Source of the DNA: Lytechinus pictus
Lineage: Eukaryota
Reading direction: 5' to 3'
NCBI RefSeq assembly: GCF_037042905.1
Contig: NC_087245.1
Coordinates: 27,406,001 to 27,470,000 of the forward strand
Length of the DNA: 64,000 bases
Positions 52,910-64,000 of this stretch are shown piece after piece. Numbering within the stretch: the first letter of the stretch is position 1; every line of letters begins with the position of its first letter. Made by a program: the position numbers and the translations under genes. The notes under the pieces were generated by a model that was given only the letters and a program-made list of their open reading frames with translations, did not search any database and had not been told where the DNA came from.

Positions 52910-55589
52910 GAACTTGTATGATCAAACTAAACAGCCCGAGTTGCAAAAAAGGACTATATTTCCCCCAAAATAACAAAAATTTTCAATGGAGATATATGGT
53001 CTACATTATGCTTCTCATGAATATTCTTTAATGGAAAAATATGCTATCTAATTCGGATCGCCGACGTGCTCTTTTCTAAAGTCGATTGGCATTGACCTGC
53101 AATCACCGTCTCACTTTTCCCACAAAATCTTCCCAAGTTTAGCCCCAGAAAACTTCGAAAATATGGTGAATATTGAGTTCATACTTTCACTGGGCAATCA
53201 TGATACAAAGATTGTTCTATAAATCCACATTAAAGTATCCAAAATAATATAAATACGAAGAAATCAGACTTAAAAAAAAGCCTGGATTTTGAGTGACACT
53301 ACACAAAACATATGGCATTGTATGGCTTCCCGAAAGCCGATTCCGCGTTTGCCCCCTTTCGCATCCCGTGATCTTCTGCGATGACGGACGCCCTCACGCG
53401 ACAGACGCTATTTGCGATAAGGTCTATTGTATTACCGGACACTATCATGATTCCAGACGCGCATATATACTGCGTTCGAAAAACAATTTCGTACCGTTAG
53501 ACTTCCGCAATTCAATTTCACAAAGCAATACATAGACCAAGATTGCAAAAAAAAGGCGAAAAAATCCAATATTTACCTTATTTATCTCTAAATTAGAACT
53601 AAAATGACCGAAAATGCTTAAAATATCATATAAGTAAATAGTTTTGCATTAACAATTAATATATTTTCTGACAGAAATATGGGCCTGATTTGCCGAATTT
53701 CAATCTTATCCGCTCCTTCGATCGAATGTTGAGCCTGAGGTGTGGTTTATTGTGAGTGATCGTCGACGGCTAGTTCTCTCAAGGTACCCGTGTGCGAGAT
53801 TTGTAGAGCCGTCGACGATCGACAGCGCATCTTGATGAGCGCCACGATACGAACTAGTATAATATTGGAAAGTGCCATGGAACATGCAGCTAACAAGAAA
53901 AAATAAAATAAGTTATCAAACACAAATTTATTACCAACATCTGCTCAGATTTGATATGAAAAAGCAAACAAAAACTCAGAATTTATGCATGATGTGATAT
54001 ATGAAGAAAAAAATCACACAAATTCTTTCTTACATCATTATTATGAAGAATATCTTTACCCGTCTGGCGCGCATCCGGAATCACGATGTAATTTGTCACG
54101 CACGAAAATAACTGTTTTTTGTAGAGGGGTATGCGACAAGTGCGATGCAAAGAAAACGGTTGGTAAATATGAAATAATGTTATCATATTCATAATTTTCA
54201 TAATATTTGGAATAGCAAGTGAAAATTTTTCTTGATTGTGTTTTCTCTTGTTGTCATTTTTAAAGCACTGAAATAAATGTGTCTGGTAATATGATACACT
54301 GCCATACTACTAGTATACCCAGTTGTCACTCTAGGCGACACTCCCATACTTACCTGTGTTAAGAAACTGGGATTCCACTCACGCGCATTTGGGCCGCCCT
54401 AGCTTAGAACTAAGCTTTATATCACTAAAAAACAAGTACTCTAACAAGTAAATATATGTTGCTTATAGACCACGGGCCGTACATCACACTGCACTCTACC
54501 TCAGGCAATGTTCGTGCAGGCTCCAATCCACTTCACTACCGCTACACTACGCTCCACCTACCCGAACATCGGGACAGTGAACTCGATCGGATATTCCGAG
54601 TCACAAAGGTGGGATGGCAATCATGTTTATCGTAAAAATTAAAGAAAAAAATATAACGAGGGGTATGAATGACTTAATATCTCATCTACACCCGTATTTC
54701 ACTCCGTGTCCATCCTCTGGTTATCCTCGAAATTGGTGATTTTGGGCCAGTTTCTTTTTCCTCACACGTATTATTCACGGCCGATTTCAAAACATCGTAT
54801 GCGATCGGTCGCTGATATGATCGATCTGAAATTTTCCTCCCCAAGATTTCTACTTTAAAAGTTCTAGCCCTAAATTTTGTAAATGCGATACAAATTTATT
54901 TACGACATTAGTCGATACTCACTGATTTCATTTTCAAATGAGAAGTCATTAAAAAAAACCAAGAAAATGTTATGAAAAGAATGAAAACTTGCCGCAATAT
55001 TTACGTCGCCATCTTGTTCTCCTCACACCCAAATTAAAAAGAGAGATTGGTATTTTTTGGTTGATTTATTTTGCAGATTCAGACCAACTTGATATAACTG
55101 AATCTCAGAAGTAATTCCTTTGGAGCAAGACACAATGAAAAATAAAAAGAAAAGGTCCATCAATAATGAATGTCTTGAGCAGTGTTCTTTTTTGTGCACA
55201 GATCAATGGATCTTTTAAATTCCAAGCAGGGATGTAGTCAATGCTGACCTCGAGGCAACATTTTGCTGGCCTTGGTCCGAGTCACTGTACAGAATCTATG
55301 GGAAGTTCTCTCAAGCTGCCTCATGACTTGGAAGAATCAGCCTCGACCTCATCCCTGTATGCAAGTGTGATATATATCTACAATGCAATCTCATGATTAA
55401 AGAGAGAGAAACAAGAGAGCTTCATATTTTGAAATCCTGAAATGTATGTTTTATTTGAAAATCAAACTAAAATAACTTAATTGGGCATGTTATTCATTAT
55501 ATTTATGAATGAAAGCATTGAAGCAATTTGGTGCACTTGCAAAATAAATTCTGAGTTGTATTACTGCAAACCCTCAGAAATATTGATAA

Positions 55590-57877
55590 GGGCATTTTCA
55601 CCACAGATGGACACAGAGGCAAAAAAATCAAGTTGATATTCATGTAAAATGCTTTATGTTTTTTAATAAAACAAGACCTGAAGTTTCTGAGACAAAATTT
55701 TTTTCCGACTCTGGCAGCCATTTTTTTTTCAAAATGGCTGCCAAAGTATGGATACAAATTAGTGTTGAAAATAGTATATTGATACATATTTTGTTTTGAC
55801 AGATTTTTAAAGAACAGGTTTGATCATGATGTTTTCGCCTGTAATTTAGCTTGCTATTATAACACTTTTTAAAATCCCACAGAAAGAAACACCAGTACTT
55901 CATTCATCTGATAAAAAAACATTGATGAAGTATGTGATATGGTATGTAATGTCAGTTACCGAAAACATTAACTTTTTTTTCTCATTTCCTGGAAAAGAGG
56001 ATATATTATATGAAACTTGGTAGATTTCCTCTCTAGGTAACACCCCTCCCTTCTACACCAAAATTAAAGATTACCGATTAACAATGAAGCCATAGGGTAC
56101 CATTAAATATATGTAATGTCAGTTACCGAGATGTAATGTCAGTTACCATGATAAAACGTTGGTTACCAATATTGAAATGCAAATATGTGGTCAATTTTAT
56201 GGTGAAGAAATATTGTATACTTGTTATTTAAGTCAAGTCACACCAGAAGGAGCTTGCTATTGACTTTTAAAAGGTATAATTCACAAGGAATACTATATGA
56301 AATTATGAAGGAAGTTGCATTCCCATCGTGCAAAAAAAATTACTATGAAATTGTTTTTTACATGCACTTACCAAGTACCTAATTGTTTGTATCAGACAAT
56401 TTTTTGTTTGGTTTTCGGGGGGGGGGGGGGGGGGTAAGGGGGTACTTTTCCCAACCTATTGCCTAAATCTGCAACATTTTTAAAGCTTAACATTGTGATG
56501 AAGGGGATTTCCAGGGTCCCTTTTTTAGTTTCTAGGATTCTTTTGAGCATTGCCTCGCTAAAAGTAAATTCCTGGTTTTTATACCTGTTAGTAGTGTGGA
56601 TGTGTGATACAATTTTGTTTTTGGTTTACAAGTATAGATGAAAAGTGAAATTAGACAGTTCTGATCAATGTTGCATGGATCTACTAAAACTGTGGTGTTT
56701 TTTTCTAATTTACAAATAGTTCAGTTTCAGTTTAGAAGCTGGAGTTTATTTTTTGTTGACAGCTTATAAAAGAAATTAGCAAAGAAAATGATTAAACAAA
56801 TTATGAAGAGAATTGAAATCCGACAGATATGAACAAGCATTGCTTGCACTGACGAGAATAGAAATCAATAAAACTACATGGCTGCATGAGATTCGGGGGA
56901 GGGGTACATGTAGCCTAGGGGAGGAGACCCTTATTCATTTTTGACTTTTTTGAGGGGAGGGGGAGGTTGGAGAAGGAAAAGGTTTAAAAAGTCAATATAA
57001 AACTGATGAATATATTATGGGTGTATAGTCAGAAAAATCCATGTGTACAGTCAATGCAATATTAAATTACTATAGGAAAACATGTAGCTGCTATGACCCC
57101 ACCCCCCCCCCCCCCCGAGTAAGTAAAACATACATTTCTTATCTTTTGATAATTAAAAATGTGAAGTATTATGAAACTTTTATGATTTTAAAAAGCCTTA
57201 CATATAAGTACCAAGAAAATTATGCCTTTGAAAATCATATAGCACTGGTAAATGTTAATGTGTTTTGTCAGTTACCGACAAGTAATTATAAAAATGTTCA
57301 AATCAAAGAAAGGAATTAATAAAAAGAAAAAAGTTTTTCATTGAAATGTTCCTAAAAACTCAGGTATACTTCCACATCAAGCTCACTTTCATGTGAAGCC
57401 CTGCACAGAAGATACAATGCAATGATTTTACACATTTGACTTCCATGTGTTATCTCTATGGCAAATTAAGTGTAATGTCAGTTACCGTAATGTCAGTTAC
57501 CAGCATGGTTGTGGAAAAATTATCATAGTCCCCAAAAGACAAAAACAATTTTTGACACATCTTAACCTAGTAACAGAGGTATATTTACATATTCAAATTA
57601 TTACTCTATCTACTCAGGGACATGAGATATTTCAATTTTAATGAACACCCTGAAATTGCATGTCCTTTTGCGTAATGTCAGTTACCGACACATTTTTGCT
57701 TGCTGATGCGTAAAAAAATGTGGTTACATAGGAAAACTTAGTATCAGAGTATACAGCAAGGTTCACTTTATTAACTCTATCAAAAGCAAACTCCCACCAT
57801 TTGTTGTTTTAGAGATACACACAATGAAAGGTGTGAAAACATTGTGCCGTGTAATGTCAGTTACCGTGAAAATGCCC
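55590..57877. mobile_element. Putative non-autonomous DNA element with repeated GTAATGTCAGTTACC motif
   Basis: 12-bp TIR GGGCATTTTCAC / GTGAAAATGCCC; the motif recurs about 7 times inside; TSD ambiguous. Confidence 0.55.
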
Positions 57878-59071
57878 ATAAGCATTTGCCAGTGCATGAA
57901 GTGTTTTAATAAAGAGTGGCTTTTGTGCCTATGGAGAGTTATTATTTCTTCAACATTTCTTCATACAAATTATTTCAGAAATCACAGTTTGAATATTCCA
58001 TGACCTCTGATAACAAGAGCAGAATATTTTTGGTGATTAACATACTTTAAAATGATATTAGGAGAGAATGTAGTGAAGTTGTGTGAAAATAATGGCATAA
58101 TTGCTGTAGAGGCCTATGAAAATTGAAAATAACATTATTTTAAGTTTTTCCTGAAAAAACCTATGGAAAATTGAAAATGGCATAATTTACACAAGTTTTC
58201 AAAACAAAATACAATTTTTTTTTTTTTTGCAGAATTAGTACACAAGCCTATGGACAATCAATTGAACGTAAATCGAGCGCAAATTTTGCGCGTCCTCTAA
58301 AATCTTACATAAGTTACGTTCGATTTGCAATCAATTGCAAAGCTTGCGCTTGATCTACGTTCAATTGATCAAACGCAAATTGTTCTTGCAACAGGATTGA
58401 CCGTAACTTGCGTTCAATTGCAGATTTGCGTTTGATTGGAGGACTTACGCTCAATTTTGGGAGTTGCGTTTGATTTGAGTTCAATCGCAAGTTTCTTGCA
58501 ACACCCCATAAGAGTCCAAGCGACTTAATAATTCATTAGGAGAAAAGCAAAGAAACAAAATTAGAAAAAGAAAGAAGGAAAGAGAAAGGAAGAAAAGAAA
58601 GAAAGTTCAACAAAGACACAAACAGAAAGAAACAAAGGAAAAGAAAGGAGGAAAAATAAAGGAAGAAAATAGAAAATGGAAGAAGAAAGGAAAAGAGAAA
58701 TAGGAAAATAAGTAGAAAGAAGAAATAAACAAACAGGAAAGCAGGAAAAGGGAACAATTTTATGATAATTGTCAGTTTCTTTGTGCTGTTTTTTTTAAAT
58801 CTACATATGGTCAACATACACTATTAAAATGCAATAATTCTGGCCAAACCTACAGCAATAATAAGCCTGAGCTATGTTTTACGTCACGTTTTTACCTTTA
58901 CAAATGTTTTAACGTAATGATTACCGAATCATCGAAATCTGACTATTATTCAATGAATGCTAGACCTATATTGTATTTAGGAACCCAATATACAGAAATA
59001 ATTGCCATTTTGAATATCAGAATTGTTGACATTTTTGCTAATTTTTGTTGCTTTTCTCAATAAATTTACAG

Positions 59072-59239
59072 TGCAGTAACCCTTTGAATGCTGTGGGTGC
59101 CATGTTGACCAGATCATACTATGCTGATTGGAAGATGATTAGAGATGTGAAAAGAAGACGACTTGTTAAAGAACATCATAGGGACAGACTACGGATCAAC
59201 TGTATTCGCAAGAACACCATTCTTCCGGATGAGATTCGG
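59072..59239 (+). CDS. MRPS14: Mitochondrial ribosomal protein S14, exon 2
   Basis: YYADWKMIRDVKRRRLVKEH..RLRINCIRKNTILP matches the conserved animal MRPS14 N-terminal region; TTACAG acceptor and GTATGT donor, phase 0-0. Confidence 0.95.
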
Positions 59240-59827
59240 GTATGTTTTTGTGTGATGACATTCAAAATGGTAGTACTGGCTAAATTGGAAAGCAAACTGT
59301 TTTGTTTTGGCTTATGACATCGATTATTAAGGTTTCGCCCAAGATTAAACTAAGACCACATTATTATTGAGTGCTAGTGTCACACTCATTTCCACGTGAA
59401 GATTATGCATTTCAATTCTACAGTAAATCGCTTTAAAAAGTTCAAAAGGAAAATACAAATACATGTAGAAGTTAAAATGAAAATTTTCCAATATTTTTAG
59501 TAATATTGAAGTTTTTGTATTTTCCTTGATATTTGAATCATGTACTTTAGCCTGGACATACATTGTAAACCTTGGCAAATGAATACATGTAAGTATACCA
59601 TCCTTGGAGTATGATAATATAATGCAGTCAATCTTGACATGAATGCAAGTTGATTACATACAGTGAAATAAAAAGGCAATATTAAAGATTGTATCTTCCC
59701 CAAACTATGTTCATGATAGAATCAACCATGCTTTAAAGCATGATTAATATTGCAATCATACAGCTATGTTTTTTTTTTTTACTGAGGCATACTGATCATA
59801 ACCATTATATCAATGCTCTCTTTGTAG

Positions 59828-60010
59828 GAAGTTGCAGATCAAGAGATAGCTAGTTTTCCTCGAGACAGTTGTCACGTTAGGATACGTGATCGATGTGCCA
59901 TCACTTCAAGGCCAAGATCTGTTCTCAAGAAATGGAGACTCAGCCGTATTGTATGGAGATCCATTGCTGATATAGGGAACATGTCAGGCGCTCAGAGATC
60001 TACTTGGTAG
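59828..60010 (+). CDS. MRPS14: Mitochondrial ribosomal protein S14, exon 3 (to stop)
   Basis: [60 protein letters not shown], the uS14m signature ending in W. Confidence 0.97.
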   Translation, partial: EVADQEIASFPRDSCHVRIRDRCAITSRPRSVLKKWRLSRIVWRSIADIGNMSGAQRSTW

Positions 60011-60320
60011 ACAGATTACTAGATGATTGACTATGAAGTGACAAGATTGGAAGCCTTATCATAATCGTTTCCTTGATTTGTACAAACAACATGAAGCATT
60101 CAAGGCAGATTGTTGAGGTGGTTTAAAATCAGAAGTCTCTCTGCTGAGAAATGGAAAATTGTATCTATGGACAAGGAGATATTAAATTTATCCTCGATCA
60201 TACATGTAGTTCTTTTCACATGTAGCTTGGTTTATTTTTCTTGTTACCAATGTATTAGTGAGACCACATGATTTGCTCAATGGGAATAGTATGTATGATA
60301 ATTTATTTGATATTATTTGG

Positions 60321-60333
60321 AATAAAAAATAAA
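60321..60333 (+). terminator. Candidate polyadenylation signals for MRPS14
   Basis: Two AATAAA hexamers ~310 bp after the stop codon. Confidence 0.5.
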
Positions 60334-61361
60334 CTTACAGTACACCTTATCACTGACATACAGATAGGGGGGGGGGATGGTGGCCATGGAAAGAAAAGAA
60401 AAGGTTGTGTATTTTTTTCCTGGAATACTCTGTCAGTGTCTATCAGAAACTTAGACTTGTTTTAAAATGGTCAATTTTTGGTCAAATTTTACCCCATATG
60501 CCATGTTTTGCCCCCTCAAACTTTTGGGCATATTGCTCCACTGCACCTTGCATTACTGTGAATATAATGTGGAAGCCTGGAGAAGGTAAGCTTGTTTCCA
60601 GTCTTTTCATTTATTATCCAGAAAATACAGATTGCTTGTGTGCTATTATCCGGCAAAATTTTAATTGGAGGGGGGTCATGTTTACATTTTGCAAAATGAT
60701 ATACAAAAGTTTCTGTAATTTACTGTGAACTTTTTAATTACAAGCTGATTGAACATTTATGATTGCTGACAAGTAATGCTTGATATAAATGCACTGTACA
60801 AATGGTAAATATTAAATAAATTTACTGTCTACCATCACAGCCAAATTGTTATATTCACTTATGCTGTTTTTTTTTTCATTTGTTTTCTTCAAAAGTGAGA
60901 TTTATAAAAATATTAGGCGTGGGATGAATACCCCGTTTCCCATTTATTTTGTTCGCCAGGGTAGACAGTCAAATAGTTGGACTAATCAAGATTTCTGGAT
61001 TATCAGAAAATTTGACCTATTTATGTGACATGCCAGGGGTTTACACAAAATAAGCAGGCCGATTCAGCCGTGTGTCCCAGTCCAGCGCCTATGACATGCA
61101 CAACAAACGATGTGTAGTCATCAGTCATGGTTGTCTTGAAAAAACTTACGTTTTAGATGCTTAGATGCTTCCTACCAATTGTCAATTACCCCTGAATTTC
61201 AATTCATCATTGCATCTGTATGTATCCTTTTCTCTCCTATTTAATGTGCTTTGGGTACTCAGCTGAGTGGATTTGGTGCACTATAAATTTATTATTATTA
61301 TTTGTCTTATTATTATTGTTGTTGTTTTACAGGGGCCCATTGCAGAAAGTTTCCATCTAAA

Positions 61362-62493
61362 AAACAAGGCATAAGCGATTTTGTGTCTCGCCCACTTATG
61401 AAAATAACCAGAAATATTGTGATTTGCGAGGGCACGCAACAGAATTGTATCAAAACTTCATTGTGAAATGACTGGGATGGAATAACACTTGTCATAAGAG
61501 TCTTGCCCATAAACTTTAATGTTGACCTCAAAATGAACTTTGACCATACCATGTGACCTCCGAACACAATAACATGCAGGTCTCCTAAGTACACCTACAA
61601 CCCAAGTTTGGTCGAAAAGTGACTTACGGTTGCAGAGTTATGTGTCATAAGAGTCTTGCATGTAAAATTTAACGTTGACCTGAAAATTACCTTTGACTTC
61701 ACCATGTGACCTCAGATTGAAGAACGACATGCAGGTCTCCTAACTACATCTTCAATCCAAGTTTGGGTGAAAAGTGACTTGCGGTTGCGGAGTTAGGTGT
61801 CACAAGATAGTCTTGCATGCAAACTTTAACGTTGACCTGAAAATGACCTTTGACCTTACCATGTGACCTCCAACTGCAGCATAACATGCAGGTCCCCAAG
61901 TCCATCTACCATCCAAGTTTGGTTGAAAAGTGACTTACGGTTGCGGCCGGAGTTAGGTGTCATAAGAGAGTCTTGCATGTAAACTTTAACGTTGACCTAA
62001 AAATGACCTTTGACCTTACCATGTGACCTCCAACTGCAGCATTACATGCATGTCCCCCAGGTTCATCTACCATCCAAGTTTGGTTGAAAAGTGACTTACT
62101 GTTGCGGAGTAAGGTGTCATAAGAGTTTTGCATGTAAACTTTAACGTTGACCTGAAAATGACCTTTGACCTTACCGTGTGACCTCTGACTGCAGCATAAC
62201 ATGCAGGACCCCCAAGTCCATCTACCATCCAAGTTTGGTTGAAAAGTGACTTACGGTAGCGGAGTTAGGTGTCATAAGAGTCTTGCATGTAAACTTTAAC
62301 GTTGACCTGAAAATGACCTTACCATGTGACCTCAGACTGCAGCATAACATGCAGGTCCCCCTAGTCCATCTACCATCCAAGTTTGGTTGAAAAGTGACTT
62401 ACGGTTGCGGAGATATGTGTCATAAGGTTTGTGACGGACAGACGACATTTGGATCCCTAAGTCTCGCCTTCACCTCCGGTGGGCGAGACAAAA
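61362..62493 (+). mobile_element. Helentron-associated non-autonomous element (HINE/pearl-like) with ~6 x ~155-bp tandem core
   Basis: 5' subterminal GTCTCGCCCAC is complementary to 3' GTGGGCGAGAC; 3' hairpin, GACGGACAGACG microsatellite remnant, A-run flanks. Confidence 0.75.
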
Positions 62494-62623
62494 TAAGATG
62501 CAAAATGATTTCTACCACTGAAACATGTATTACTATCATGTACTTGCACTTGAAATTCTCGAGTTGTCTTAAAACAGCAGTTTTTCTGGCCCCTGACTGG
62601 GCATAAGCCACACTGTATGAAGC

Positions 62624-63027
62624 TTAACCCTAAGAAGACTGGGGGGAGGGGGCTGAATCATTCTTCGCGATAAATCCACCGCTCGAAATTTCTTGACCGC
62701 GTCGCTCGCTGACTTTTTACTTTCAAGTCTCGCGCAACTTTTAAGACCAAAATTGTGACCCCCTGGTACACGGTTCGGAAATTACACAACATTTCGTAAG
62801 TGCATGCAGACCCAAAATTACTCAAACACGTGAATTTGTGTACAAATCCAATGCAAATAGTGTTTTTAGCCAAAATTCATAAATGTATCATTATTTTTCC
62901 TTTTACTGCTTAAAATCAATTAATTTTATCTTGTTTATGGTCAAAATAAAGTCCCCAACAATTTCCATTAAAAAAACAATTTAAAAAAAAAGTCGAAAAA
63001 GAAATTTAGAAAACAATAGAGTACATA
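62624..63027 (+). mobile_element. Left part of a piggyBac-like non-autonomous element
   Basis: Starts TTAA|CCCTAAGAAGACTGGGGGG; the right end is not seen in the window. Confidence 0.4.
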
Positions 63028-63983
63028 AAACAAGTGGAATGCCTCTGGCCGTCTCACCTGCATCACGCGATTCAATATAGCAGCAGTGCTGATTTTGAAA
63101 ACTACTATAACTCGCACAAGATGTTCAGTGATACTTGGTTACTCTTATTTCCACGTTTTATGAACTAGACCAATACACTTATAGAGATATGATGGCAATT
63201 CAACAAATACCCCCAACGTGGCCAAAGTTCTTTGACCTTACATGACCTTTGACCTTGATCATGTGACCTGAAACTCGCACAGGATGTTCAGTGATACTTG
63301 ATTACTATTATGTCCAAGTTTTATGAACTAGACCAACACACTTTCAAATTTATGGCTGTAATTCAACAAATACCCCAATTTGGCCAAAGTTCATTGACCC
63401 TAAATGACCTTTGACCTTGATCATGTGACCTGAAACTTGCACAGGATGTTCAGTAATACTTGATTACTATTATGTCCAAGTTTCATGAATCAGATCCATA
63501 AACTTTCAAAGTTATGATGGTAATTCAACATATACCCCCAATTCGGCCAAAGTTCATTGACCCTAAATGACCTTTGACCTTGGTCATGTGACGTGAAACT
63601 CATGCAGGATGTTCAGTGATACTTGATTAACCTTATGTATAAGTTTCATGAACTAGGTCCATATATTTTCTAAGTTATGATGACATTTCAAAAACTTAAC
63701 CTTAGGTTAAGATTTTGATGTTGATTCCCCCAACATGGTCTAAGTTCATTGACCCTAAATGACCTTTGACCTTGGTCATGTGACATGAAACTCAGGCAGG
63801 ATGTTCAGTAATACTTGATTAACCTTATGGCCAAGTTTCATGAACTAGGTCCATATACTTTCTAAGTTATGCTGTCATTTCAAAAACTTAACCTCAGGTT
63901 AAGATTTGGTGTTGACGCCGCCGCCGTCGCCGTCGGAAAAGCGGCGCCTATAGTCTCACTCTGCTATGCAGGTGAGACAAAAA
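63028..63983 (+). mobile_element. Second HINE/pearl-like element with ~5 tandem units (163,162,163,192 bp spacing)
   Basis: 5' GTCTCACCTGCA is complementary to 3' TGCAGGTGAGAC; 3' hairpin, (GCC)n microsatellite, A-run flanks; ATGTTCAGT(G/A)ATACTTG recurs at 63121, 63284, 63446, 63609 and 63801. Confidence 0.78.
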
Positions 63984-64000
63984 TGAATGTTTTTTTGAAA

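Larger units (their letters stand above)
50727..53425. mobile_element. Decayed PHIS-group (ISL2EU-like) element with a THAP-like remnant and nested insertions
   Basis: AT|AGACCTTATCGCAAATAG ... CTATTTGCGATAAGGTCT|AT (18-bp perfect TIR, AT flanks); MGGRDRCAVYSCKN..NFLSF near 50956 resembles a THAP N-terminus. Confidence 0.6.

Noticed and set aside
55940..57870. CRISPR-like array from the recurring GTAATGTCAGTTACC
   Set aside because: Irregular spacing, repeat too short, eukaryotic context and no cas genes.

Overview
AT-rich, repeat-dense animal genomic DNA, not prokaryotic. The repeat types suggest an invertebrate deuterostome, probably a sea urchin (inference). Two intron-containing genes lie on the + strand. 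(1) A ~770-aa type I membrane receptor of the Ig superfamily, about 12199-35564, with 12 inferred coding exons: signal peptide, five Ig domains, stalk, TM helix and a tyrosine/proline-motif-rich cytoplasmic tail. (2) Mitochondrial ribosomal protein S14 (MRPS14; exons 46870-46950, 59072-59239, 59828-60010). The rest is introns and intergenic DNA filled with 5'-truncated LINEs, a SINE, many MITEs (Harbinger/PHIS, Tc1/pogo, Kolobok, hAT-like), two Helentron-type elements with internal tandem arrays, a 173-bp dimeric satellite and microsatellites. The most notable observations are a ~1.19-kb TIR element of unclear superfamily inserted into a near-identical copy of itself ~50 bp upstream of the MRPS14 ATG, a possible frameshift-truncated receptor tail, and three-level transposon nesting in MRPS14 intron 1. 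Exon models were built by eye from splice signals and phase continuity, without transcript data.
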